Below are positions 16,252 through 25,547 of a DNA stretch of 35,631 nucleotides, one piece after another. A program made the translations under genes and the position numbers. The stretch lies in assembly GCA_043826455.1 (NCBI GenBank), contig JBDRQD010000077.1:1-35631 (forward strand). The letters are read 5' to 3'. How positions within the stretch are numbered: the first letter of the stretch is position 1; the number at the start of each line of letters is the position of its first letter. The notes under the pieces are model-generated. The model did not search any database and was not told where the DNA came from. It was given only the letters and a program-made list of their open reading frames with translations. The stretch is from Candidatus Bathyarchaeota archaeon. GTDB taxonomy: Archaea > Thermoproteota > Bathyarchaeia > TCS64.

Positions 16252-17916
16252 GTGAAGGTTTACTTGGTCAAGGTCGCAGCGGGTTTAGCCCTCATCACGG
16301 TACTTGCTTACATGATCGGCGCCTACTCTCCGTACGCTGAGATGAGAGACCTTCCATCCTATACGGTGAGCACAGTAACCCGGATAACCATGACCCTGGT
16401 CCTCAGCGTACTGTGGGGGGTCAGCTTCGGTATCCTGGCCGCGACTAACAAGACAGCAGGCTACGTCGTAACTCCCGTCATCGACCTCCTCCAGTCCATA
16501 CCGATCCTGGGCTACTTCCCCCTCGTGATAGGCTTCCTCTTCACCTGGGGCGCCTTCGGCGTCGAAGTCTCGGTGATCGTCCTCCTCTTCACGTCCATGG
16601 CCTGGGCCATCTTCTTCGGAGTGGTCGCCGCCGTTAGGGCCATCCCGGCCAACGTCATCGAGGCCTCAAGGAGCTTCGGGATCACGGGCTGGAAGTACAC
16701 TCGGCACATCATTCTGCCGGCGATCGCCCCCGCGTTGGTGGCGGGGGCCAACCTGGCGTGGAGCGACGGCTGGTTCTTCATGATCGCAGCAGAGTACATC
16801 GAGTACAAGGGCGCGATCGTCTCACCGCCTTCTGGTGGCATAGGGGTTCTCCTCGCGCGTTCAGCCTACTTCTACAGGGACATGGGCATGGCTGTACAGC
16901 TCCTGGTATACGTCACGGTTCTGGTCGTTGTCATCAACAGCCTGAGCTGGCACAGGCTGATGAATAGGGCTGGTGCGGGGACCTTCAAACCCATCTTCCA
17001 GATCGGTTTGAGCGGCGTAGGTAAGATGGGGTACCTGGGAGGCACTGGCTGGTTCAGCTTGGAGCACATCCAGGTTCCGAAGGCTTTCTCGGCTTTCTGG
17101 CAGAGGCTTGAAGATTACACGCGTAGACAGAAGATGCTGACGGCGGTGATAGCCGCTGTTATCATCGCTGTTTTCCTCATAAGGGAACTGGACCACCTGC
17201 CCTCGGCCAGCACCGTTGCCCAAGCCTTCACCCAGCCGCCGGGTGAGGAGTTCGGGGGCATACACTGGCTCATTCTGATGACAATGGGCAGGCTGACTGT
17301 CGCCTACATCATCAGCCTCGCGGTGGCCCTTGGATTAGGGGTGCTCGCCGCTGAGCACAAGCTGGCGGCAGCGATAATAAATCCTGTATATGACATCGGG
17401 CAGGGGGTGCCCATACTGGCTCTGTTCCCAGCAATCTATCTTGGCTTAAGTAGCATTTTCGGCAGCCAGAGGCTCGCCCTCGAGGTCACCTGTGTTGTGA
17501 TGCTCGTACTGGACATGATATGGTACATGTTCGTGAACGTATCGAGCGCGGTGAAGAACATCCCCGCGGAGATCAGGGAGGTGGGGTCTCTCTTCGGGTT
17601 CAAAGGGATGAAGCGGATCACCCACATAATCATCCCATCGATCCTACCAGCCATCGTCACCGGAAGCATCCTTAGCTGGGGCACGGGCTGGAACACGGTG
17701 ATATTCAGCGAGTACCTGCCATCCACAGGGCCCGGTGTACCAGACGTCTACGTTCCAGGTCTGGGAAGCTTACTGGATAAGGCTGGGTACGTCTACGGGA
17801 ACACCATCATTCTGGTGGTGATAGTGATGATAATAGCGGCCATAGTCCTCAGTATGGAGGCCCTCATCTGGAGGCCTCTCCTACGCCGCTTCGAGAAGTA
17901 CAAGGTGGAGGTCTGA
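16252..17916 (+). CDS. ABC transporter permease with duplicated TM domain (NitT/TauT type)
   Basis: Two halves, each with DLLQSIP/DIGQGVP and an EAA-like loop (EASRSFG, EVGSLFG). Confidence 0.9.
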   Translation: MKVYLVKVAAGLALITVLAYMIGAYSPYAEMRDLPSYTVSTVTRITMTLVLSVLWGVSFGILAATNKTAGYVVTPVIDLLQSIPILGYFPLVIGFLFTWGAFGVEVSVIVLLFTSMAWAIFFGVVAAVRAIPANVIEASRSFGITGWKYTRHIILPAIAPALVAGANLAWSDGWFFMIAAEYIEYKGAIVSPPSGGIGVLLARSAYFYRDMGMAVQLLVYVTVLVVVINSLSWHRLMNRAGAGTFKPIFQIGLSGVGKMGYLGGTGWFSLEHIQVPKAFSAFWQRLEDYTRRQKMLTAVIAAVIIAVFLIRELDHLPSASTVAQAFTQPPGEEFGGIHWLILMTMGRLTVAYIISLAVALGLGVLAAEHKLAAAIINPVYDIGQGVPILALFPAIYLGLSSIFGSQRLALEVTCVVMLVLDMIWYMFVNVSSAVKNIPAEIREVGSLFGFKGMKRITHIIIPSILPAIVTGSILSWGTGWNTVIFSEYLPSTGPGVPDVYVPGLGSLLDKAGYVYGNTIILVVIVMIIAAIVLSMEALIWRPLLRRFEKYKVEV

Positions 17917-17919
17917 GAG

Positions 17920-18687
17920 ATGCCTGTCCTAGAGGTTAGAGACGTCAGTAAAAGGTTCGTGGAAGACGGTAATGATGTGGTCGCCCTCGACGGCGTACGC
18001 TTCACTGTGAACGACGACGAGTTCATCTGCCTGGTCGGCCCAAGCGGCTGCGGCAAGTCCACCATGCTTCGAATAATCTCCGGCTTGGAGAAACCCACAG
18101 GCGGCGAGGTCATCTTCGAGGGTAAACCCATTACGGGTCCGACGCCCAAGATATCCATGGTCTTCCAGCTTTTCGGCCTCCTGCCGTGGAAGACTGCCCT
18201 AGAAAACGTGGAGGTCCCCCTAGAGGTAATAGGGGTACCCAAGGCGAAGCGTGTCGAGGCCGCCCATGAGTACCTGAGGCAGGTGAAGCTGGAGGGCTCC
18301 GAGAACGTTTACCCCCACGATCTGAGTGGCGGCATGAAGCAGAGGGTCGGCATAGCCAGGGCCCTGGCGCTGAACCCTGAGATACTGTTGATGGATGAGC
18401 CCTTCAGCAGCCTGGACGAGCTGACGGCCAGGGCCCTCAGGGACCTGGTGCTGGGCATCTGGCGGAAAAAGGATGAGAACCCGAACAGCATCATCATGGT
18501 GAGCCACAACGTCGAGGAGGCCGTTTACGTGGCGGACAGGGTGCTGGTCTTCTCCCCGCGCCCTGGACGTATCATCGGGGAGGTTGACGTGGACATCCCC
18601 CGCCCCAGGTTCGAGCACCGCCGCGACCAGCAGTACTTCGAAACCGTTGACCGGGTGATGGACCTACTCGGCAAGAACCACGTCTAA
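17920..18687 (+). CDS. ABC transporter ATP-binding protein (NitT/TauT type)
   Basis: [16 protein letters not shown] and LLMDEPF. Confidence 0.95.
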   Translation: MPVLEVRDVSKRFVEDGNDVVALDGVRFTVNDDEFICLVGPSGCGKSTMLRIISGLEKPTGGEVIFEGKPITGPTPKISMVFQLFGLLPWKTALENVEVPLEVIGVPKAKRVEAAHEYLRQVKLEGSENVYPHDLSGGMKQRVGIARALALNPEILLMDEPFSSLDELTARALRDLVLGIWRKKDENPNSIIMVSHNVEEAVYVADRVLVFSPRPGRIIGEVDVDIPRPRFEHRRDQQYFETVDRVMDLLGKNHV

Positions 18688-18715
18688 CCCGTCACGGGCT
18701 GAGGAGTCACCTATG

Positions 18716-19561
18716 CTAGCCTTTATCTGGGCCCCCCAGGCCGTAGACCGCCTTCACGTTCTCCCTGTTGCCGCGGTCCCCGTGGCACATCCTCAGGCTG
18801 CTGGGTATCTCCCTGAACCCGTTCCTCTCAAGGATCATCCTGCTTTCAGCGTTACCCTCCGGGAACCCCACCCAGACGCGCTGACCGGGCCTCCTGTTCA
18901 TGAGGGCGCCCAGGAGGGCCTCGGCTTCTCTGCTATGGCCGGGCTCGCATATCCAGGGCCCCACCCTGACCCTGTCCGAGCCGTCCCTTCCCATGATGTA
19001 GCCGACGAGCCTGCCGCCGACGCGGGCCGTGAAGCAGAGCCCGGGGCTGAGGCGGTGGATGTACTCCAGGTGGTCTCGCCGGGGGGCGTTGAAGTGCTTC
19101 AGGTCTAGGCGGCTCACCTCGTCCAGATCCTTCTTCCTCATGGGCTCCACGCCCGTCACGGGCTGGGGCCTGGCCTCCCCCATGTACCTCATGGACCAGT
19201 ACTCGTCCACGTAGCCCAGGCGCCTGTAGAGGGGTATGGCCAGGGGCACACCGTCCAGGCGGATGCTCTTGACGCCGTGGTCCTTGAGGTGGTTCATGGC
19301 GTGGACCGTGAGGGCTGCGCCGAGGCCCCTGCCCCTGGTCTCAGGGTCCACTATGAGGTTGCCGATCCAGGCCACCTCGCCGTAGCTGGTGGTGGCCACC
19401 ATGCCCACGTCGACGCCGTCCACGGAGGCCACGAAGTTGCCCTCTGGGCTGAAGGTGATGAGCCTGTCAAAGTCCTGCTCGGTCATGCCCCAGCCCACCA
19501 GGCCTGTGAGCCTGAGGAACAGGGGTAGGTCGTCCCTGGTCATGGCCCGGAACTCTGTCAT
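18716..19561 (-). CDS. GNAT family N-acetyltransferase (two GNAT-like domains)
   Basis: VDPETRGRGLG acetyl-CoA motif and LYRRLGY. Confidence 0.9.
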   Translation of the reverse strand: MTEFRAMTRDDLPLFLRLTGLVGWGMTEQDFDRLITFSPEGNFVASVDGVDVGMVATTSYGEVAWIGNLIVDPETRGRGLGAALTVHAMNHLKDHGVKSIRLDGVPLAIPLYRRLGYVDEYWSMRYMGEARPQPVTGVEPMRKKDLDEVSRLDLKHFNAPRRDHLEYIHRLSPGLCFTARVGGRLVGYIMGRDGSDRVRVGPWICEPGHSREAEALLGALMNRRPGQRVWVGFPEGNAESRMILERNGFREIPSSLRMCHGDRGNRENVKAVYGLGGPDKG

Positions 19562-19591
19562 GGTGGTTGATCAGTTTTGGAGGTATAAAAG

Positions 19592-20047
19592 TCAGGTATC
19601 CATCTCGGCCAGCGCATGGCCTAGTAGCCCACGGTAGAAGCCCTCGTCCAGCTCGGGGCCGTCCCCGACTCCGGGGCACCCCGGGTCGACGTGGATGATG
19701 AAGGCGTCGCCCTGCCTCTCCACCCAGAAGGGGTACGTGCGGCAGAGGAGGGCCCGGTCCTCGTAGATGGCGCAGCCCTGGGGCGTAAGGAAGACGCAGA
19801 CGCCGGCCTCCTTCAGCATGACCCCGGTGAAGGGCTCCTCGCCGGTGGCCTCGTGGAAGCCCTCAGCGCCCGCGGCCCTGATGCGCTCGATGTCCCTGTC
19901 CAGGAGCAGGACCCTCCTCTCGTGGCCCTCCACGTCCCTGCAGCAGCGGCCGCACCTGGCGCAGCTCCACCTTACGCCGGCGGGGTAGTAGAACTCAACC
20001 TGGGTGCCCCGGTGGGTGAGGGCCCCCCGGTAGAGTGGCGCCTCCAT
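19592..20047 (-). CDS. YkgJ family cysteine-cluster protein
   Basis: CARCGRCC, CVFL, CAIYEDRALLCRTYPF and CPG; start placed at MEAPLY. Confidence 0.88.
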   Translation of the reverse strand: MEAPLYRGALTHRGTQVEFYYPAGVRWSCARCGRCCRDVEGHERRVLLLDRDIERIRAAGAEGFHEATGEEPFTGVMLKEAGVCVFLTPQGCAIYEDRALLCRTYPFWVERQGDAFIIHVDPGCPGVGDGPELDEGFYRGLLGHALAEMDT

Positions 20048-20055
20048 GGGTTCAC

Positions 20056-20754
20056 CTAGGGGCCGGCTGAGAGTCTGACGGCCTCCTCGGCCAGGTCCTG
20101 CATGGGGTCCAGGACGGGTACCGTTAGGTCGCCGTCGTGGAGGACTATGCTGACCTCGGTGCAGCCGCATATGACGGCCTCGGCCCCGGCCTCTATGAGT
20201 TCCAGGGACGCGTCGTAGAGGAGCTTCCTGCCGAGCTCCAGGTCCCCGCGCTTGATGAACTGGTATATGGACTTCATGACGTCTCTCTGGGTCTCGGCGC
20301 CGGGCTCGATGATCTCTATTCCCTGCTTGCCCCAGCTCTGCTGGTAGAGGCGGCTCATAAGGGTGCCGTCGGAGGCCAGGAGCCCGGCCCTGTTGACCCC
20401 GGGGTGCTTCATCTTGGTCTTCTCGGCGCTGAGCCCTATCATGTGGAGGACAGGTACCTTGAGCTTCTTCTGGAGGTCGCCATGGAAGTGGTGGGCGGTG
20501 TTGCAGGGTATTATAATGAAGTCTGCTCCTGCTCGTTGGAGGTTTAGCCCGGTCTCCACCAGCATGGGGAGGGGGCTGGGGCCCTTGCCTTTGATGGCGG
20601 CTGTCCTGTCGGGTATCTTGGCGTTGCTGTCTATGATGACGCGTCGGTGGTTCTGGTCTCTCTGGACCTTGGTGGCCCTGATGATCCTCATGTAGAGGTC
20701 TGCGGTGGCCTCGGGGCCCATGCCGCCCAGGATGCCTATGATCTTCTCACCCAT
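20056..20754 (-). CDS. Aspartate racemase
   Basis: GILGGMGPEAT; both catalytic cysteines present (PCNTAH, GCTE). Confidence 0.92.
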   Translation of the reverse strand: MGEKIIGILGGMGPEATADLYMRIIRATKVQRDQNHRRVIIDSNAKIPDRTAAIKGKGPSPLPMLVETGLNLQRAGADFIIIPCNTAHHFHGDLQKKLKVPVLHMIGLSAEKTKMKHPGVNRAGLLASDGTLMSRLYQQSWGKQGIEIIEPGAETQRDVMKSIYQFIKRGDLELGRKLLYDASLELIEAGAEAVICGCTEVSIVLHDGDLTVPVLDPMQDLAEEAVRLSAGP

Positions 20755-20971
20755 CTCTGAGCCTCATGACTCATGGTGTGGGGTGAGATTTAGGGTTAAC
20801 TGCAGTGGATTATCCTGGTTTTAATTGGATGCGTCCCATAGTTTTCTTTGCTGTCAGAATACCAAGACTGTGTTGACGCACTCATCATTTTAGGCGTTAG
20901 TGCCTAATAATAGGCATACCCATCTAAACCAGCGCTGCGCGCGCCTTTGTTGAAAACAAAAGGAATGAAAC

Positions 20972-21463
20972 TTGTTGAAACAAAAATATGTTATCGGTCT
21001 CGCAATAATTATTGCCCTCAGCCTAGTGACACAGGTACCCTTCGGATTGATGAAGCAACAGGAAAAACCTGATCCACTAACATCAATCCTAAACATGCTA
21101 TCATCGATAGACGGAAAACTCGACACAATAATCGGACTACTGAGAAACGAAAAACCGGGCTCAGACCCTGAAATTCTATCAGTCGACGTTCAGGGGACAC
21201 AGGAAGTAGGTGGAACGGTGTCGCTATACATCGTTGTGTACGACGAAGATGTAGGCCAAGCCCTTGAGATCAGTACGAAGTTCATCCAGTTGCCACCTCT
21301 TTCGTCTGCTTCATTGGTACCATCAATTGGACCTACACCGGCCTTCGTACCAGACAAACCGGGGGACTATGGTCTCAGGGTTACGGTCACTGATGACACT
21401 GGGCGATCTAGGTACGTTGACTTAACCGTCACGATCCCAGAGCCTCAGCCGTCTACACCCTAG
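20972..21463 (+). CDS. Exported or membrane-anchored protein with a PKD-like Ig domain; lower-GC insertion
   Basis: N-terminal hydrophobic leader; FVPDKPGDYGLRVTVTDDTG; T-tract after the stop. Confidence 0.75.
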   Translation: MLKQKYVIGLAIIIALSLVTQVPFGLMKQQEKPDPLTSILNMLSSIDGKLDTIIGLLRNEKPGSDPEILSVDVQGTQEVGGTVSLYIVVYDEDVGQALEISTKFIQLPPLSSASLVPSIGPTPAFVPDKPGDYGLRVTVTDDTGRSRYVDLTVTIPEPQPSTP

Positions 21464-21541
21464 TCAATATTTTTCTCCTTTTTTCACAGAAAATTGATGC
21501 TCAAAGCAAGTGTATTAAAATTAACTGATTGAAAAAAAGGG

Positions 21542-22732
21542 TCAGCTGAGGGGGCCTGTGAAGCTCTCAGTGATGTTGATGCGCCTCCGGGCCATCTCCT
21601 TGAAGAAGATGCCTGTGAGCCTCCCATCGTACCCGATCTTGGCGGGGTGGATTACCCCGGGCATGTCCATCTCGCCTTTGGCTATCATCTGGGCCACGAT
21701 GCTGCAGGGGAAAGCCGTGGTGCGGGCCATGGCGGTTATGTCCTCCTCGGGGTCGTAGAAGTCAACGAACTCGTAGGTGTAAGCCGCGGGCTCACCATCC
21801 TTCATGCCTCCGACGATGACTCGCTGGCAGATGGCGTCCCCCTCACCGGGCTCGTACTGGAGCCACCGCTCGCCCAGGGCGTACCAGAGCTCCCGCGGGG
21901 AAACCTCGACGCCCTTCACCGTGACAGGCTCCTTATCCAGCAGGTGGAGCTCCTTCAGCATGGTCCAAGTCTTGCTGTGGCCAGGCCACCTGATGGTCTG
22001 GGCGTAGGCGTCCTTCACGCCCTTCAGGCCCAGGTGCTCTATCACGTCCCCGAGGCTTCCGTTGGTGTAGGCCTCCAGCCTGCCCAGGGGCTCAGGGAAC
22101 AGGATGTCCTGGGCGTCGCTTAGGATGGGTATCTCCACCGTCTTGCCGCCTCTCAGCACCTTGCATGTGCCCAGGTTGCTGTTGACGGCGAAGGGCCAGT
22201 ACCAGCTTATCTTGTATTTGAGGGGGTTACGGTACCCGGGGGTGTCCCTCTTGGGGAAGCCTCCGCAGCCCACGTAGAGGCTCTCCACCTTGTTCAGTTT
22301 CCTGGCGCCGACGCCGCAGAGGACCCTGTCGGTGCCCACGTCCAGGCCTATGTGGGGCACCACGGTGACGCCCGCCTTGGCTGCGTCTTTATGCTGGCTG
22401 AAGATGGTTCCGAAGTCGGCGGCCACGTCGGCCCAGCCGACCCCTGCCTCTATAGTGGCTGCTATGGCCTGGTCGCAGAAGGGGCGGGGGAGCCCGGCGG
22501 CCACCACGTCGAAGCCCTTGATGAGCTTCACGGTGGCCTTCCTGTCCGTGACGTCGATCTTCTCCACTTTCTTGATCTTGTCGCTGCCCACCTTGGCGGC
22601 GTGGGCCTTGGCGCCTTCCAGGTTGGCGTCGGCGGCGACGATCTCGTCCACCTGTTTCTGGGCGGCCATGTCCTTGAGGAGGCCGTACCCCATCTTCCCG
22701 ACGCCTAGAACAAGCACTCTCATGGTGATCAT
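21542..22732 (-). CDS. Saccharopine dehydrogenase / lysine 6-dehydrogenase family oxidoreductase
   Basis: VLGVGKMG, GCGGFP, NPLKYKISW, TIRWPGH and AMARTT. Confidence 0.88.
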   Translation of the reverse strand: MITMRVLVLGVGKMGYGLLKDMAAQKQVDEIVAADANLEGAKAHAAKVGSDKIKKVEKIDVTDRKATVKLIKGFDVVAAGLPRPFCDQAIAATIEAGVGWADVAADFGTIFSQHKDAAKAGVTVVPHIGLDVGTDRVLCGVGARKLNKVESLYVGCGGFPKRDTPGYRNPLKYKISWYWPFAVNSNLGTCKVLRGGKTVEIPILSDAQDILFPEPLGRLEAYTNGSLGDVIEHLGLKGVKDAYAQTIRWPGHSKTWTMLKELHLLDKEPVTVKGVEVSPRELWYALGERWLQYEPGEGDAICQRVIVGGMKDGEPAAYTYEFVDFYDPEEDITAMARTTAFPCSIVAQMIAKGEMDMPGVIHPAKIGYDGRLTGIFFKEMARRRINITESFTGPLS

Positions 22733-22803
22733 GAGTGTGTGGGTGGATGAGGATAAAACGTTGGCGAATGCCGATGCTGAGTGGCTTCCTGCTTCCAGGT
22801 TGC

Positions 22804-23655
22804 TCAGTATTTTATGGGTTCCCCGTGCTCCTTGACGTACTTCTCGTAGAGCCCTATGGCTTTCCTCGTCACAGGCCCCATGACTCCATCGCCTATGGCT
22901 CTTCCGTCGATCTTCACCACGGGCCTTATCTCGGCCCCCGTCCCGCAGACGAACACCTCGTCGCTGTTCCAGAGGTCGTGGAGCGTCAGGTTCCTCTCCT
23001 CGGCCCTCACACCGTTCTCCGGGAGCAGCCTCAGCAGCAGGCTCCTGGTGACGCCCTCCAAGGCGCTGGTGGCGTAAGGAGTGTAGGCGACGCCATCCTT
23101 CACCGTCATGAGGTTAGCTAGGCTGGCCTCGGCCACGTAACCGGCGTGGTCCAGCATGATGGCGTAGTCGGCCCCCACCGTGTCTGCCTCCACCTTGGCC
23201 AGCATGAGGTCCAGGCGGCTGTTGGTCTTGATCTGGGCCGGGATACTGTCCGGGGCGGCTCTCCTGACGCTGGAGACGATGGCGGTGAGGGGCTCACCCA
23301 TCCTGCTCTTCCTCACGGTTATCCTGATGACCACGTTGGGCTTGCCGCCAGGCTCACCGTATCCGACCCAGGGCGCCAGGTGGCAGTCCCTGTAGCCGTT
23401 GGTTCTGACGGTCTCGATGATGGCTTCCCTGAACTGGGCTGGGCTAAGCGGTACATCGATGCCGGCGCCCTTGGCGGAGGTGTAGAGCCTCCTGATGTGG
23501 GCGTCCAGCTCCAGTATCCGTCCGCCGTAGACTCTTATCCCCTCGTAGATGGCCCACCCGTGGGTCACTCCCTCGTCGAAGACGCTGATCTTGGCCTCTG
23601 ATTTGGGGACCAGCTTCCCGTTCACGTATATCATAGGCTCAGGCAAGACTTGCAC
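22804..23655 (-). CDS. Class IV PLP aminotransferase (branched-chain/D-amino acid type)
   Basis: ISVFDEG, YEGIR, catalytic Lys in QIKT, LEGVTR, EVFVCGT. Confidence 0.92.
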   Translation of the reverse strand: MQVLPEPMIYVNGKLVPKSEAKISVFDEGVTHGWAIYEGIRVYGGRILELDAHIRRLYTSAKGAGIDVPLSPAQFREAIIETVRTNGYRDCHLAPWVGYGEPGGKPNVVIRITVRKSRMGEPLTAIVSSVRRAAPDSIPAQIKTNSRLDLMLAKVEADTVGADYAIMLDHAGYVAEASLANLMTVKDGVAYTPYATSALEGVTRSLLLRLLPENGVRAEERNLTLHDLWNSDEVFVCGTGAEIRPVVKIDGRAIGDGVMGPVTRKAIGLYEKYVKEHGEPIKY

Positions 23656-23726
23656 CTGTACAAGATTATGCGATGGGGGTATAGATATTATGGGGTGTTA
23701 TGAGGATTCACGGTATCCTGCTTCAG

Positions 23727-24449
23727 TCATCTTGGGAAATTTACCTGCTTTGGCGGTTTCGGGTAGCTGAGCCTGCTGTGGGTGAGCCCTAGCTCCACCG
23801 TCATCTCCGCCACCCGCATGGTGGTCCGCCCCGGGTGAACTATTACAGCCTCTGGGTACTCGTCCCTCAGCTCCTCCGCCAGCCTGTCCACGTGGTTGTT
23901 AAGCGCCATGCACCCGAAGCACACGGCGTCCGCCCCGTCCTCTATGCTCTCCACCACCGTCTCCTTCACCGCTGGGTAGCTCCCAGGCTTCCCCAGCTCC
24001 AGCACAGGGATGCCCACGGGGTACACACCTGTACACCGGTCCTCCAGCCCGTAGTCCCGCACCTGCCTCCACGCCAAGCCTGTCACCTCCGGAAGCTGGA
24101 CGATGAGGCTGAACTCTTCTGCCAGCATGGATGCCACATGCATGGACGCTGATCCCGGCGCCAGCACCGGGACGTCAACCAGGCCCCTGGCCGCTACCAT
24201 GGAGGGGTCGTGGCCGCCCCAGATGATGACCGCGTCCGCGCCCTCCTTCTCGGACTGCACAACCCGCTCCAGGATGCCTGGGGCGGCCAGCTCCATCTCG
24301 GCCAGGGACTCCACGGAGGGCGGAGCGTTCCTGGTGGTGACCAGCTGCACCTCGGTGCCGGGCGACGCGTAGGACCTGAGAGACTCAAGCCTACCCGTCA
24401 TTTCCTTCTCGCTGAGCCCAGAGATCAGCATGACGACGTCGATCCGCAA
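23727..24449 (-). CDS. Asp/Glu/hydantoin racemase superfamily protein with only one catalytic Cys
   Basis: EGADAVII..DP, DVPV and DGADAVCFGCM; the first Cys position is Gly. Confidence 0.85.
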   Translation of the reverse strand: MRIDVVMLISGLSEKEMTGRLESLRSYASPGTEVQLVTTRNAPPSVESLAEMELAAPGILERVVQSEKEGADAVIIWGGHDPSMVAARGLVDVPVLAPGSASMHVASMLAEEFSLIVQLPEVTGLAWRQVRDYGLEDRCTGVYPVGIPVLELGKPGSYPAVKETVVESIEDGADAVCFGCMALNNHVDRLAEELRDEYPEAVIVHPGRTTMRVAEMTVELGLTHSRLSYPKPPKQVNFPR

Positions 24450-24566
24450 AATGAATCCAGTACATAGTGTCTGTGAAATAATATATGCTCGCCGATGAGG
24501 CGGGCAAAGACGCCGGCTCAGGGCTGTCTATGCCTTGAGAAAAAAAGGGCTGAAGCCCTCAAGGGC

Positions 24567-25523
24567 TTATCTGTCCGTCCTCATCAGTTGGCTTATGTCG
24601 ATGATGAGGCTCTGGCCGTCACCCGTGTAGACCACCGGGAGCTTGCCGTCCCACTGGTTCAGCCACAGGTACAGGGCGTACTCGTCGGTCATCTGCTCCG
24701 TTATGCGCCTGATGGCCTCCGCGGTGGCGTTGGCCTCAATTATGTTGGCCTGGGCGTCACCCAGGGCCCTGGCGATGGTGGCGTTCTTCTGCGCCTCAGC
24801 TTGTATGATGAGCTGCTGCGCCTCGTACCTGATCTGCTCCAGCTTGTTCTTGGCCTGGAGGGCGTCCTGCTCGGCCACCACCTTCGCCTCGATGGCGTCA
24901 CTGAAAGTCTTGCTGAACTGGAAGTCCGTGAGGCTCACACTCACCACGTCGATGTTGAATATGGACAGCCTCTCGCCGAGTATGTCGTCGAAGGTGGCCT
25001 TAACCTCGGCGCGTTTAGTGATGAGCTCCTCCGCCCTGAAGAAGGCGGTTGTAGCCTTGAGGGACTCCTCGATGTTGGGCTCTATAACCCTGGACACGTA
25101 GTCCTCCCTCAGGTCCTTGTATACCTCGTTCACCAAGCCCGGGTTGAGTCTGAAGTTCACCACCACCGTGGTCGATACCTCCTGAAGGTCCTTGGTGACC
25201 GTGGCCTCCACGGACTCCGTCTTCTGTAACTGGACGTTCATGAAGACGACGCTCTGGGTGAAGGGCATCTTGAAGCTGAGGCCCTCAGGCAGTATAGTTT
25301 CCTCAACCTTGCCGAAGGTGAGCAGCACTCCACGGTGGCCGGCGGGAACACGCACCGTCACCTGCGTTAATACCGCCAGTCCTACCACGGCTATTATGAC
25401 TAGGGCCACGAAGAGGCTGCTCAGCCTCCTCATGTTGTCTGGGATGGGCGGGATATCGTACCTTCTCCCACCGTATTCATAGTTACTCATATGGTTCAGA
25501 GATGATAACTGTTGCTTAGACAT
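24567..25523 (-). CDS. Prohibitin/SPFH domain membrane protein (start may be the internal MSNYEY)
   Basis: N-terminal TM helix, VPAGHRGV, FSDAIEAKVVAEQ and QWDGKLP. Confidence 0.92.
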   Translation of the reverse strand: MSKQQLSSLNHMSNYEYGGRRYDIPPIPDNMRRLSSLFVALVIIAVVGLAVLTQVTVRVPAGHRGVLLTFGKVEETILPEGLSFKMPFTQSVVFMNVQLQKTESVEATVTKDLQEVSTTVVVNFRLNPGLVNEVYKDLREDYVSRVIEPNIEESLKATTAFFRAEELITKRAEVKATFDDILGERLSIFNIDVVSVSLTDFQFSKTFSDAIEAKVVAEQDALQAKNKLEQIRYEAQQLIIQAEAQKNATIARALGDAQANIIEANATAEAIRRITEQMTDEYALYLWLNQWDGKLPVVYTGDGQSLIIDISQLMRTDR

Positions 25524-25547
25524 AAACCCTTAGTATCATAGAGCCGT

